Under the pieces are notes generated by a model. The model did no database searches. It worked only from the letters and a program-made list of their open reading frames with translations, and was not told where the DNA came from. Below, piece after piece: positions 33,268-41,913 of a stretch of DNA of 64,000 nucleotides (its first letter is position 1; every line of letters begins with the position of its first letter). The position numbers and the translations under genes were made by a program. This stretch comes from Phenylobacterium sp. (GTDB lineage: Bacteria; Pseudomonadota; Alphaproteobacteria; Caulobacterales; Caulobacteraceae): the NCBI RefSeq assembly GCF_004299445.1, contig NZ_SCTC01000057.1, positions 28,798 through 92,797 of the forward strand. Direction: 5' to 3'.

Positions 33268-35028
33268 GTGACGATCCCTCAGTCTCCGCCGACCCCTGAG
33301 CACCGCGCCGCCTCGGTACGCGCCGCGCTGGCGCGAGGCGACCTGTTGGGTGCGTACGACGAAGTCGTGCGCCGTGGCAGCACCGATCACCACGGCCTGA
33401 ACTATCTGGAGGTCCTGACCCTCGCGCGGTTGGGCGACACCGAGCGCGCGCTGCGTCTGTACGATGACTATGGCCTGGCCGAGGTGGACGACGTGGACTC
33501 GCTGTCGCTGAAGGCGCGGCTCCTCAAGGATCTCGCGTTCCAGGCGGACGGCGAGCCGAACCACGAAAAGCTGATGGCCGCCTGCGAGCTGTATCAGGCC
33601 GTGCACGTGCGCACCCGCTCCAGCTACCCCGCGATCAACGCGGCCAGCCTGGCCCTTATCGCGGGGCAGACCGAGCTGGCGCGCAAGCTGGCCGATGAGG
33701 TGGCGCGGGAAACCCCGCCCGAGCGGCGGCGAGGCTACTTCTCGCTGGCGACCCTGGCCGAGGCGCTGGTCGTACTGGGCGACGTGGCGGGCGCCCGGGA
33801 CGCCCTGAGCCGGGCGCTCGAGGCCGAGGACGCCGATGTGGGCGCCCGATCCACCACCGTGCTGCAGCTACAACGTCTCGTGGCGGCAAAGAGCGTGGCT
33901 CCCGGGATGGAAAGTCTGCTGGAACTGGTCCAGCCGCCGCGGGTGGCGATGTTCTGCGGCAACATCTTCGTCGGCGGCGAGGAACTCGAGGCCAAGCTGG
34001 CGGCAGCGATGTCGGCTCTGATCGCTCGCGAGAACGTCGGCTTCGCCTATGGCGCGCTGGCCGCCGGCAGCGACATCGTGATCGCCGAACAGCTGATCGC
34101 GCGCGGGGCCGAGTTGCACGTCGTGCTACCCTTCGCCGAGGTCGACTTTCTGGAGCAATCGGTGGCCCCGGCGGGCGAGAGCTGGGTCGCCCGCTACCAT
34201 GCCTGCAAGGCCGCCGCGACCGAAGTCACCTATGCCAGCAACATGACCTACATGGGCGGGATGGAGCAGTTCGCCTACGGGTCCAAAGTGACCATGGGCA
34301 TGGCCCGACTGCGCGCCCGTCAGCTGCACGCCGAAGCGATCCAGCTGGTCATCGTCGAGGACCGCGGGGACGGTACGCTCTCGGGCTCGGACGTCACCGC
34401 CTGGCGCTCGACAGGCGGGCGCGCCGAGGTGGTGGCGGCGCCGCCCTTGACCCGACCGGTGATGCCCCCGCCGCCGCCCAAGCTGAACGTGGACCGGGGC
34501 GACTACGGCCTGATGTTCACCGACTATCCCGGCTTCTCGAAACTGGACGAGCGCGTCCTACCCATCTTCTGGGAGGAGGTAATGGTCCGGTCGGCCGGGA
34601 TCCTCGAGGCCTACGGCAAGGTGATCCGCCAGGGCAACACCTGGGGCGATGCGATCTTCGCCGTCTTCGGCGATGCGCCAACGGCGGCGGCGGCGGCGCT
34701 CGACCTCTGCGAAGGCCTGGCCAAGGTGGACTGCAAGCGCCTTGGCGTGCGCGACGGCACGGCGATGCGGATCGCCCTGCACTATGGCTCGACCTACTCG
34801 GGCTACGACCCCGTGACCAAGCGGATGAACTACTACGGCAGCGAGGTCTCGAAGGCGGCGCGGATCGAGCCGGTGACGCCGTCAGGCAGCGTGTACGTGA
34901 CGGAGCCGTTCGCTGCGGTGCTCGAGATGCAGAACGACCACCCGTTTGTCTGCAACTACGTCGGCAAGATCGCCCTGCCCAAGAACTACGGAACCTTCCC
35001 GCTGTATCGCCTCAGCCGCGCGGGCTAA
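33268..35028 (+). CDS. TPR-S (DUF4071-like) - SLOG - class III nucleotide cyclase fusion
   Basis: N-terminal helical region SLKARLLKD / YPAINAASL / YFSLATLAEA; SLOG-like core AYGALAAGSDIVIAE...LHVVLPF; cyclase MFTDYPGFS, NTWGDAIF, RIALHYG, AARIEP. Start set at GTG 33268. Confidence 0.8.
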   Translation: MTIPQSPPTPEHRAASVRAALARGDLLGAYDEVVRRGSTDHHGLNYLEVLTLARLGDTERALRLYDDYGLAEVDDVDSLSLKARLLKDLAFQADGEPNHEKLMAACELYQAVHVRTRSSYPAINAASLALIAGQTELARKLADEVARETPPERRRGYFSLATLAEALVVLGDVAGARDALSRALEAEDADVGARSTTVLQLQRLVAAKSVAPGMESLLELVQPPRVAMFCGNIFVGGEELEAKLAAAMSALIARENVGFAYGALAAGSDIVIAEQLIARGAELHVVLPFAEVDFLEQSVAPAGESWVARYHACKAAATEVTYASNMTYMGGMEQFAYGSKVTMGMARLRARQLHAEAIQLVIVEDRGDGTLSGSDVTAWRSTGGRAEVVAAPPLTRPVMPPPPPKLNVDRGDYGLMFTDYPGFSKLDERVLPIFWEEVMVRSAGILEAYGKVIRQGNTWGDAIFAVFGDAPTAAAAALDLCEGLAKVDCKRLGVRDGTAMRIALHYGSTYSGYDPVTKRMNYYGSEVSKAARIEPVTPSGSVYVTEPFAAVLEMQNDHPFVCNYVGKIALPKNYGTFPLYRLSRAG

Positions 35029-35035
35029 GGGCCCG

Positions 35036-36997
35036 TCAGCTCTTCGCGGCCACGCGGCTTGGCGCCCGTTCTGAGATGGTCTTGCACTCCCCGGCGAGCT
35101 GGCGGGTGAAGCTGGCCTCGGCGCCCAGGGTCTCGGTGAGAATGCGGACCCCCGCTGCACAGTCGCTGCGGGCCTCGGCGAAGCGGCCTGCTTTCGCCAG
35201 GATCTTAGCCCGATTGACCAGCAGGTCGCCGTGGTTCGGGTGGATCTTGCCATAGCTGGCGTCGTAATTGCGCTTGGCGTCGGCCAGCGTGGCCAGGGCG
35301 GCGTCAGGGTCTCCGCGCGCGGATTCGATCATCGCCAGATAGACTTCCGCAATGCCGATCAGGAAGTGAGGCCCCCCGAACGCCTGGCGATAGATCGCGA
35401 CCGCCTCGCGCAGCGAACGCTCGGCCTCACCCAGCTGACCCAGCCCCTGAAGGATCTGCCCCTGCATGGACAGCGTGTTCGCCAGGATCGGGTTGTCGGC
35501 GTCGAGCACCTTGCGCTGGATCCGTAGCGCCTCGGCGATCTGCTGGCGGGCCTTCGGAAGTTGCCCGGCGTTGAACGAGTTCTGGGCCAGCGCGAACCAC
35601 GCCTTGCCCGACTGCAGATGGCTCGGTCCCAATTCCTTCTGGAACAGGACCAGAGACTCCTGCAGCGAGGCCTCCGCTGCGGCGAACTGACCGTCATCCG
35701 ACAGCAGCAGGCCGCGATTGGAAAGGACTGACGCCATGAAGTTGGGCGGGGCGTCCTCGGCGCGTCGGGCGTAGTAGACCGCCAGATCCAGGGCCGCCAG
35801 GCCGTCCTTAACTCGCGACGCGTTCACGAGGATGCGTCCTCGGGCGAGTGACGCCTTGGCGCGCAGGAACGGCTGTGCCTCCGGATCGGGGCCTATCACC
35901 CGTTCGGCGTGTCTCACCGTCGCGAGCGACTTCTCGATCTGCCCCTGGAGACCATATGTCTGCGCCAGCACGAGCAGGGCGTCGACCCCGTCGGGCCCGG
36001 CCTTCTCGACCACCGGCATGGCCTTCTCGAGCGACGCCTGCGCCTCGCTGAGCAGGCCCAGGTTGTTGTACGCCCGCCCGAGGGTGGCCAGCAGACGCGC
36101 TTCGATGGTCGGCTGCCCGGCCAGTTCGCGTTGCGCGCGCTCGGCGCTGCGGCTGAGGATTGTCAGGGCGGTGATCGTCCGCGGATTGTCGGTGGCCGGA
36201 TTCGAGAGCTCGAACGTGCCGACCAGATAGTCCGAAGCCGCCCGTGCCGCGGCCGCCTCATGTTCGGCGATCGCCCGCTGTGCGTTCGCTTCAATTCGGA
36301 GAGAGTTGGCGTAGAAGGCCAGTCCGCCGGTGACCACCATGCCCATGACCGCGCCGACGGCTACCGCCGTGGCCTGTGCGATGCGTCGTTGGGTCTCGCG
36401 CTGGACGAGGTCGTCGAGCTTGAGGCCGGTAAGGCCCGCGATCAGTTTCTGCGTGGCGAGCCGCGGCCCATCGGCCTCGCGACGATAGTCCGCCGCGATG
36501 GGCTCGGCCGGAACATCGGAGAGTTCGCCGCTCGGCCCGATCCGGAATCGCATCGCCTCGGGGAAGCACTCGCGATGGTCGCGGCCGGGAATCTCGCTGG
36601 CATGCGGCTCGCCATCGACCACCAGGGCCAGAACGCGGCCGTCGCCGTGGAACGCCTTGAACTGCTTGATCTCCTCGTTGACCCAGCGCGACCCCGCCGC
36701 GGCCGGAGAACAGATCACCAACAGGAACATCGACTGGCGAAGCGCAGCGGTCAGCTCGGCCGAGAGGTCGCCTGAGGCCGGAAGTTCCTCGCGGTCGCGG
36801 AAAATGGGACGCAGGCGCGACGGCGTGCGGCCCAACGCAGTGACTTTGCCGACCAGCTTCGAAGGAATGCGATAGGACTCGATCGCCCTATGCAGCCGTT
36901 GGGCGACCTCCTTGTCCCGATGGGAATAGCTGATGAACGCCCGGTAGGCGTACGCGGTCTCGGTACGTGCCTGGGTGTCCGTCTCAGCCGGCGTCAT
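35036..36997 (-). CDS. TIR domain - TM - TPR receptor-like protein
   Basis: TIR motifs AFISYSHRD, IFRDREEL, LLVICSP, WVNEEI (catalytic-position Glu at 36671-36673); one TM (AVAVGAVMGMVVTGGLAFYA); about 7 long TPRs. Confidence 0.88.
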   Translation of the reverse strand: MTPAETDTQARTETAYAYRAFISYSHRDKEVAQRLHRAIESYRIPSKLVGKVTALGRTPSRLRPIFRDREELPASGDLSAELTAALRQSMFLLVICSPAAAGSRWVNEEIKQFKAFHGDGRVLALVVDGEPHASEIPGRDHRECFPEAMRFRIGPSGELSDVPAEPIAADYRREADGPRLATQKLIAGLTGLKLDDLVQRETQRRIAQATAVAVGAVMGMVVTGGLAFYANSLRIEANAQRAIAEHEAAAARAASDYLVGTFELSNPATDNPRTITALTILSRSAERAQRELAGQPTIEARLLATLGRAYNNLGLLSEAQASLEKAMPVVEKAGPDGVDALLVLAQTYGLQGQIEKSLATVRHAERVIGPDPEAQPFLRAKASLARGRILVNASRVKDGLAALDLAVYYARRAEDAPPNFMASVLSNRGLLLSDDGQFAAAEASLQESLVLFQKELGPSHLQSGKAWFALAQNSFNAGQLPKARQQIAEALRIQRKVLDADNPILANTLSMQGQILQGLGQLGEAERSLREAVAIYRQAFGGPHFLIGIAEVYLAMIESARGDPDAALATLADAKRNYDASYGKIHPNHGDLLVNRAKILAKAGRFAEARSDCAAGVRILTETLGAEASFTRQLAGECKTISERAPSRVAAKS

Positions 36998-37000
36998 GCC

Positions 37001-38074
37001 TTAGCTGTACGACAGCGCCCCCCGACGCCGCAACGCCGCACCGAGCAGGCCGAAGCCCATAATCATCATCGCCCAGGTCGCGGGCTCGGGCACCGCGCCG
37101 CCGCCATTATTGAACTCGAACGGCGTGATCTCCCGCGGATCGAAGACGATGCCCGTGATCGGGTTTTCGCCGCCGCCGAAGCTGGACATCTGCATGCTGC
37201 CGAGCAGCCCCGTGCGCGCCTCGTCGAAGTCGGCCCCCCCGCCGCGGCCGATGGGGTCGCCGAAGCCGGAGTAGGCGACCAGGCAGGTGATCGAGGTGAT
37301 GCACTCGGCCCGGGTGCGGCTGGTCACGCTGGTGCGATACTGGATCGTCTGGCTCTGACCGCTTTCGATAAGGGCGTTCAGCGGCAGGACGATGTGGGTC
37401 GAATCCCACGCGAAGGCCCAAGCGAACGGGTTGTCGTAAGCGGTGACGAAGCCGTCCAGCGCGCCGGGCTGGCTGATCCAGAAATTCCGCTGCAGGCCGT
37501 CGTAATAGTCGTACGACAGGGTCATGTAGCCGCTCAGCGAATAGAGCGTGACGTCGTTGCTGACGACGCTGAATTCGAAGTCAGAGTAGGCCAGCAGGCC
37601 GCTTTCGTCCGTAGAAACCAGGTCCTCGAAAGTCAGGCCCGACGAGGTCTGACCAAAGCCCGTGAAGATATTGTTGTCGGTGGCCGCGCCATCCCGATCC
37701 TGCAGGTAGAAGCCCATGCCCGCCGGGATGATCGTCGAGCCGAAGGTGTCGATGTCGAGCAGGTCCTCGCTGCCATTGAAGATCGTAATGTCGACGCCCG
37801 AGTACGACGTGGACTGGGCGAAGCCGCCCGAGACCGCCACGCCGCTCTCGAACGCGATCTTCTGCGAGGTGATGGTGTATAGGGCCTCGAGGCTTCCGCC
37901 TTCGCCGTTGTTGTCCCACAGATACCGGCCAGGCTTGTTCGCAGGGATCGTCAGGGTGTCCTGGGTGATCGTACCGCTGGCGAGGCCCGTGGCGTCCAAA
38001 TTCAAGGATTGCGCACTCGCGCCGCCAGCGTAAAGCAGGGCAGACGCGACCGCCGTGATCATCAGGGCTCGCAT
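37001..38074 (-). CDS. PEP-CTERM (PEPxxWA type) sorted surface protein
   Basis: Signal peptide ending ASA-Q and C-terminal VPEPATWAMMIMGFGLLGAALRRR. GGAG RBS 7 nt before ATG 38074. Confidence 0.9.
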   Translation of the reverse strand: MRALMITAVASALLYAGGASAQSLNLDATGLASGTITQDTLTIPANKPGRYLWDNNGEGGSLEALYTITSQKIAFESGVAVSGGFAQSTSYSGVDITIFNGSEDLLDIDTFGSTIIPAGMGFYLQDRDGAATDNNIFTGFGQTSSGLTFEDLVSTDESGLLAYSDFEFSVVSNDVTLYSLSGYMTLSYDYYDGLQRNFWISQPGALDGFVTAYDNPFAWAFAWDSTHIVLPLNALIESGQSQTIQYRTSVTSRTRAECITSITCLVAYSGFGDPIGRGGGADFDEARTGLLGSMQMSSFGGGENPITGIVFDPREITPFEFNNGGGAVPEPATWAMMIMGFGLLGAALRRRGALSYS

Positions 38075-38345
38075 TGACTTTCTCCAGCTTTCAGCAAGGC
38101 GGCGCACAACGCACGCCGGACCAACCCCATCTTATAATCGACCTTAACAGAAGCCGTTGAACCCGCGATGGCGTTCTTGCGTGAGTTGAAAAACACTCGC
38201 CTTGTTCGCGCGCCTATCCAGCATTTCTGGGTTACCGGAGCCCAGCGTTCGCTCAAAGTGGGCGCCCTTCCTGACAGGCTCGCATGCCGCGTTATGTGAA
38301 TCGGCCTACCCTGGTCTGAGTTGCATCCAGAGGAACCTCGCGCGC

Positions 38346-38933
38346 ATGCGCCCCCGCATGTCCGATCGAACCGGCGCCGCCATACGAAAGCTGCGGCTGG
38401 CGCGTGGCTGGAACCTCGCCACGCTCAGCGCCGAGAGCGGGGTGCCGATCTCGACGATCTCGCGGGTTGAACTGGGCCAGAACGCCCTGAACTACGAAAA
38501 GCTGATGCGGCTCTGCCGCGCGCTGGATGTGGACCTCGAGGGTCTGGTGACGCGCGAGGCCGAGGCTGCGCACGGCGGGTCGGGGCGCCGGGCGGTGCTG
38601 CGGGCTGGCGACGGGCCGCCGACGCGCACCGGAGGCAACACCGGTCGCAGGGCGGCCGCCGACCTGAAGGCCAAGAGCCTGTCGCCGATCATCGTGGATG
38701 TCACCGCCGCCAGTCTCGGCGCTCACGGCCCGATGACGGCCCATGACGGCGAGGCCTACGTGCTGGTTCTTGAGGGCGAGGTCGAGTTCCACTCCGAGCA
38801 CTATGCGCCCCTGCGGCTCGCGGCCGGCGACGCCATCTATTTCGACGCGGCTTCCGGCTATGCCCTGCTCGCGCCCACGAGGCCGGCGCGCGCGCTCCTG
38901 GTCGCCGCCGGCGAGACCGCCTTCGGGCCCTGA
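38346..38933 (+). CDS. XRE (HTH_3) + cupin transcriptional regulator
   Basis: IRKLRLARGWNLATLSAESGVPISTISRVELG HTH; cupin HDGEAYVLVLEGEVE...LAAGDAIYFD. Start could be 38346 or 38358. Confidence 0.85.
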   Translation: MRPRMSDRTGAAIRKLRLARGWNLATLSAESGVPISTISRVELGQNALNYEKLMRLCRALDVDLEGLVTREAEAAHGGSGRRAVLRAGDGPPTRTGGNTGRRAAADLKAKSLSPIIVDVTAASLGAHGPMTAHDGEAYVLVLEGEVEFHSEHYAPLRLAAGDAIYFDAASGYALLAPTRPARALLVAAGETAFGP

Positions 38934-39252
38934 TTCGCCCATACCGTCGCCGGGTTGCAACGAAGACCCAGTCAACTCAAGTCCCGGTTGAGAATAGGCG
39001 CGCAACACAACAGCGTTTCCCATTCTCGCGTCCAGTTTCCCACTATTTACCAATAATCAAACCGCGCCTGGGATTGTCGGGATCGGCGGGGTCAGTCGGC
39101 TTCGCTCCAGCCCCGAAACGGCAACGGCGAACCACCCCATGCGGCGCTTCCGCTCCCCTGTAGACGACACATGCGCGGCGTCGCGCGGCGTTGCCTGCGG
39201 CTGGGCGCTCAAGAACCCCGCGTTCACCTTCCCCCGCTAAGTCTCAGAGACG

Positions 39253-41205
39253 ATGATGGCCTTCCTCAACAACGTGAACATCTCCAAGAAGCTGACGGTC
39301 GGCTTTGCGGTCGTGGTGACTGTCGTCGCCATCATGTGCGCGGCGGTGTTCGCCAGCCTCATGAGCATCAAGAATGCCGTGACGCTCAACGACCAGACCG
39401 TGGCCGAGATGGGATTGGCCGACGACGTCCTCTACGCTCGCGTGGAACGTCAGAACGCGATCCGCGGCCTCGTGGCCAGCGGCGACCCTGAGTTCCTGAA
39501 GAAGATTGAAGAGGCAGAGAAGAAGTACGCCAGCGCGATCGAAAGCTGGGAAAAGGTGGCTCCGGAAGAAGCCGCGAAGATCGGCGCCATCAAGGCGGCG
39601 GTCGCGAAGGTGCAGGCCGAGGAAGCCGAGCTGATCGCCGCGGGCCAGGACCCGACGCGCCAGGCCGAGGCCATGATGCAACTTGGCACGAAGGGCCGCC
39701 TCAACGACTTCCGAAACGCGATCGCGACCGTGATGAAGCAGCAGGAAGCGATCCTGAAGCAGCGCGCCGCCGGGCAGGACGCCGCCCAGGCCTTCGCCAT
39801 GACACTGCTGGCGGTCGGCTCGCTGCTCGCCGTCGCGCTGTCGGTGCTGATGGGCGCGGTGCTGGCCGGCGCCATCGCCAAGCCGGTGGCCGCCATGACG
39901 AACGCCATGGGCAAGCTGGCCTCGGGCGACACCAACGTCGACGTGCCCGCCGTGGGCCGTAAGGACGAAGTCGGCCGCATGGCCGCGGCCGTCCAGCACT
40001 TCAAGGACGCCGCGATCGAAAAGGCCCGCGTCGAAGCGGACGCCAATGAACACCGCCGTTCCGCTGAGGCCCTGCGCCAGCAGAGCGACGAGGAACGCGC
40101 CGCCACGGCGGCTGAGCAGGCGAGAGTGGTCGAGGGTCTCGCTCAGGGCCTCGACCGTCTGGCCGCCGGCGTGCTGACCTTCCGCCTGAACGAGGCTTTC
40201 CCGTCGCACTACGAGCAGCTCCGCGCGGACTTCAACCGCGCCATGGACACGCTGCAGACGACGATGCGCGAGGTCACGGTCAACGCGACGGCCGTGCGCT
40301 CGGGCGCCGGCGAGATCACCTCGGCCTCGGACGATTTGTCGCGCCGCACCGAGCAACAGGCCGCGAGCCTGGAAGAAACCGCCGCCGCTCTCGACCAGAT
40401 CACCGCGACGGTCCGCAAGACGGCCGAGGGCGCCGCCCAATCGCGCGAAGCTGTTGGCGCCGCCAAGGGTGACGCCGAACGTTCGGGTGTCGTCGTCCGC
40501 GACGCCGTGGCCGCGATGAGCGAGATCGAAGGCTCGGCCAAGCAGATCGGGCAGATCATCGGCGTCATCGACGAGATCGCCTTCCAGACCAACCTGCTGG
40601 CGCTGAACGCCGGCGTCGAGGCGGCGCGCGCCGGCGACGCGGGCAAGGGCTTCGCGGTCGTGGCCTCGGAAGTCCGGGCCCTGGCGCAGCGGTCGGCCGA
40701 GGCCGCCAAGGAGATCAAGTCGCTGATCTCTGCCTCGTCGCAGCAGGTCGAGCGCGGCGTGGGCCTGGTCGGTGAAACGGGCAAGGTGCTGGAGCGCATC
40801 GTCTCGCAGGTCACCCAGATCAGCGGCGCGGTCGCCGAGATCGCCGCCTCCGCGCAGGAGCAGGCGACCGGCCTGCAGCAGGTGAACACCGCCATCAACC
40901 AGATGGACCAGGTGACTCAGCAGAACGCCGCCATGGTCGAGCAGGCCACCGCCGCCAGCCACGCCCTGGCCTCGGAGAGCGAGGCCCTGACCCGCCTGAT
41001 CAGCCGCTTCGACACCGGCGCGGGCGTCAGCGCACCGCTCGCGGTTCCGGCTTCGGCCTCGCCTTCGGTCCGCGCGCCGAGAGCAACCGCGCAGTTCAGC
41101 GCCCCCGCCCCCTCGACCACGACCGCCATGAAGCACACCGGCCGCGGTGGCGCCGCGATCAAGTCGGTCAACGACATGGATGAAGACGCCTGGGATGAGT
41201 TCTAG
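39253..41205 (+). CDS. mcpA: methyl-accepting chemotaxis protein (McpA-like position)
   Basis: TM1, periplasmic helical sensor, TM2, two HAMP-like regions, signalling tip IAFQTNLLALNAGVEAARAG, C-terminal pentapeptide AWDEF. Symbol assigned by synteny. Confidence 0.9.
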   Translation: MMAFLNNVNISKKLTVGFAVVVTVVAIMCAAVFASLMSIKNAVTLNDQTVAEMGLADDVLYARVERQNAIRGLVASGDPEFLKKIEEAEKKYASAIESWEKVAPEEAAKIGAIKAAVAKVQAEEAELIAAGQDPTRQAEAMMQLGTKGRLNDFRNAIATVMKQQEAILKQRAAGQDAAQAFAMTLLAVGSLLAVALSVLMGAVLAGAIAKPVAAMTNAMGKLASGDTNVDVPAVGRKDEVGRMAAAVQHFKDAAIEKARVEADANEHRRSAEALRQQSDEERAATAAEQARVVEGLAQGLDRLAAGVLTFRLNEAFPSHYEQLRADFNRAMDTLQTTMREVTVNATAVRSGAGEITSASDDLSRRTEQQAASLEETAAALDQITATVRKTAEGAAQSREAVGAAKGDAERSGVVVRDAVAAMSEIEGSAKQIGQIIGVIDEIAFQTNLLALNAGVEAARAGDAGKGFAVVASEVRALAQRSAEAAKEIKSLISASSQQVERGVGLVGETGKVLERIVSQVTQISGAVAEIAASAQEQATGLQQVNTAINQMDQVTQQNAAMVEQATAASHALASESEALTRLISRFDTGAGVSAPLAVPASASPSVRAPRATAQFSAPAPSTTTAMKHTGRGGAAIKSVNDMDEDAWDEF

Positions 41206-41208
41206 ACA

Positions 41209-41487
41209 ATGACCCACACCGTGACCCTGGGCGACGCCCTCGACATGACCGCCGCCGCCCCGCTCGTCAAAGAGCTGCTGGGCGTCCGCGGACAGCCGCT
41301 CACGCTGGACGCCTCAAGCGTCCGCCGGCTCGGCGGCCAGTGCCTGCAGGTGCTGCTCTCGGCCCAGACGACCTGGGCGGCTGACGGCCAGCCCTTCGCG
41401 ATCGTCGAACCCTCGCCCGAGTTTACGGAAGGCCTCGCCCTGATGGGTGCGACCGACCTGTGCCCCATCTCCCCTGTCCAGGACTGA
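41209..41487 (+). CDS. STAS domain protein (called CheX in the Caulobacter che operon; unrelated to the CheX phosphatase)
   Basis: LTLDASSVRRLGGQCLQVLLSA STAS pattern; lies between mcp and cheY. Confidence 0.8.
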   Translation: MTHTVTLGDALDMTAAAPLVKELLGVRGQPLTLDASSVRRLGGQCLQVLLSAQTTWAADGQPFAIVEPSPEFTEGLALMGATDLCPISPVQD

Positions 41488-41492
41488 ACCCC

Positions 41493-41858
41493 ATGAGCAT
41501 GACTGTCCTCACCGTCGATGACTCCCGGACCATGCGCGAAATGCTGCGCCTGGCCCTCGCCGACGCCGGCTTCCGCGTCGTCCAGGCCGAAGACGGCCTG
41601 CACGGGCTGGAAGTCCTGCAGGCTGAAAAGCCTCAGGTCATCGTGACCGATATCAACATGCCGCGCATGGACGGCTTCGGCTTCATTGAAGAAGTCCGCG
41701 GCGACCAGCGCTATCGCGCCATCCCGATCCTGGTGCTGACGACGGAAAGCGACGCGGAAAAGAAGAACCGCGCACGCATGGCCGGCGCCACGGGCTGGAT
41801 CGTGAAGCCCTTCAATCCCGACAAGCTGGTCGACGCCATCCGCCGCGTCGCCGCCTGA
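41493..41858 (+). CDS. cheY: response regulator CheY (CheYI)
   Basis: VDDS, VTDINMP, VLTTE, WIVKPF. Confidence 0.93.
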   Translation: MSMTVLTVDDSRTMREMLRLALADAGFRVVQAEDGLHGLEVLQAEKPQVIVTDINMPRMDGFGFIEEVRGDQRYRAIPILVLTTESDAEKKNRARMAGATGWIVKPFNPDKLVDAIRRVAA

Positions 41859-41913
41859 CGACTGAACGCGACCTACCCTTCGCCCGCCCAAGACGAGTTC
41901 AAGGAAACGCCCA

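Noticed and set aside
33268-36997. Classical Pycsar, CBASS or Thoeris system
   Set aside because: The TIR has no cNMP-binding or STING/SAVED domain, and there is no CD-NTase or SIR2/Macro effector. The architecture matches none of these as defined.
38075-38340. Sigma-54 promoter upstream of the PEP-CTERM gene
   Set aside because: No convincing TGGCAC-N5-TTGC on the minus strand.
39046-39250. CtrA box (TTTA-N7-TCAA at 39046-39060) and a c-di-GMP riboswitch in the mcp leader
   Set aside because: The box matches only 6 of 8 positions, too weak to call. I could not find GEMM-type conserved elements in the leader.
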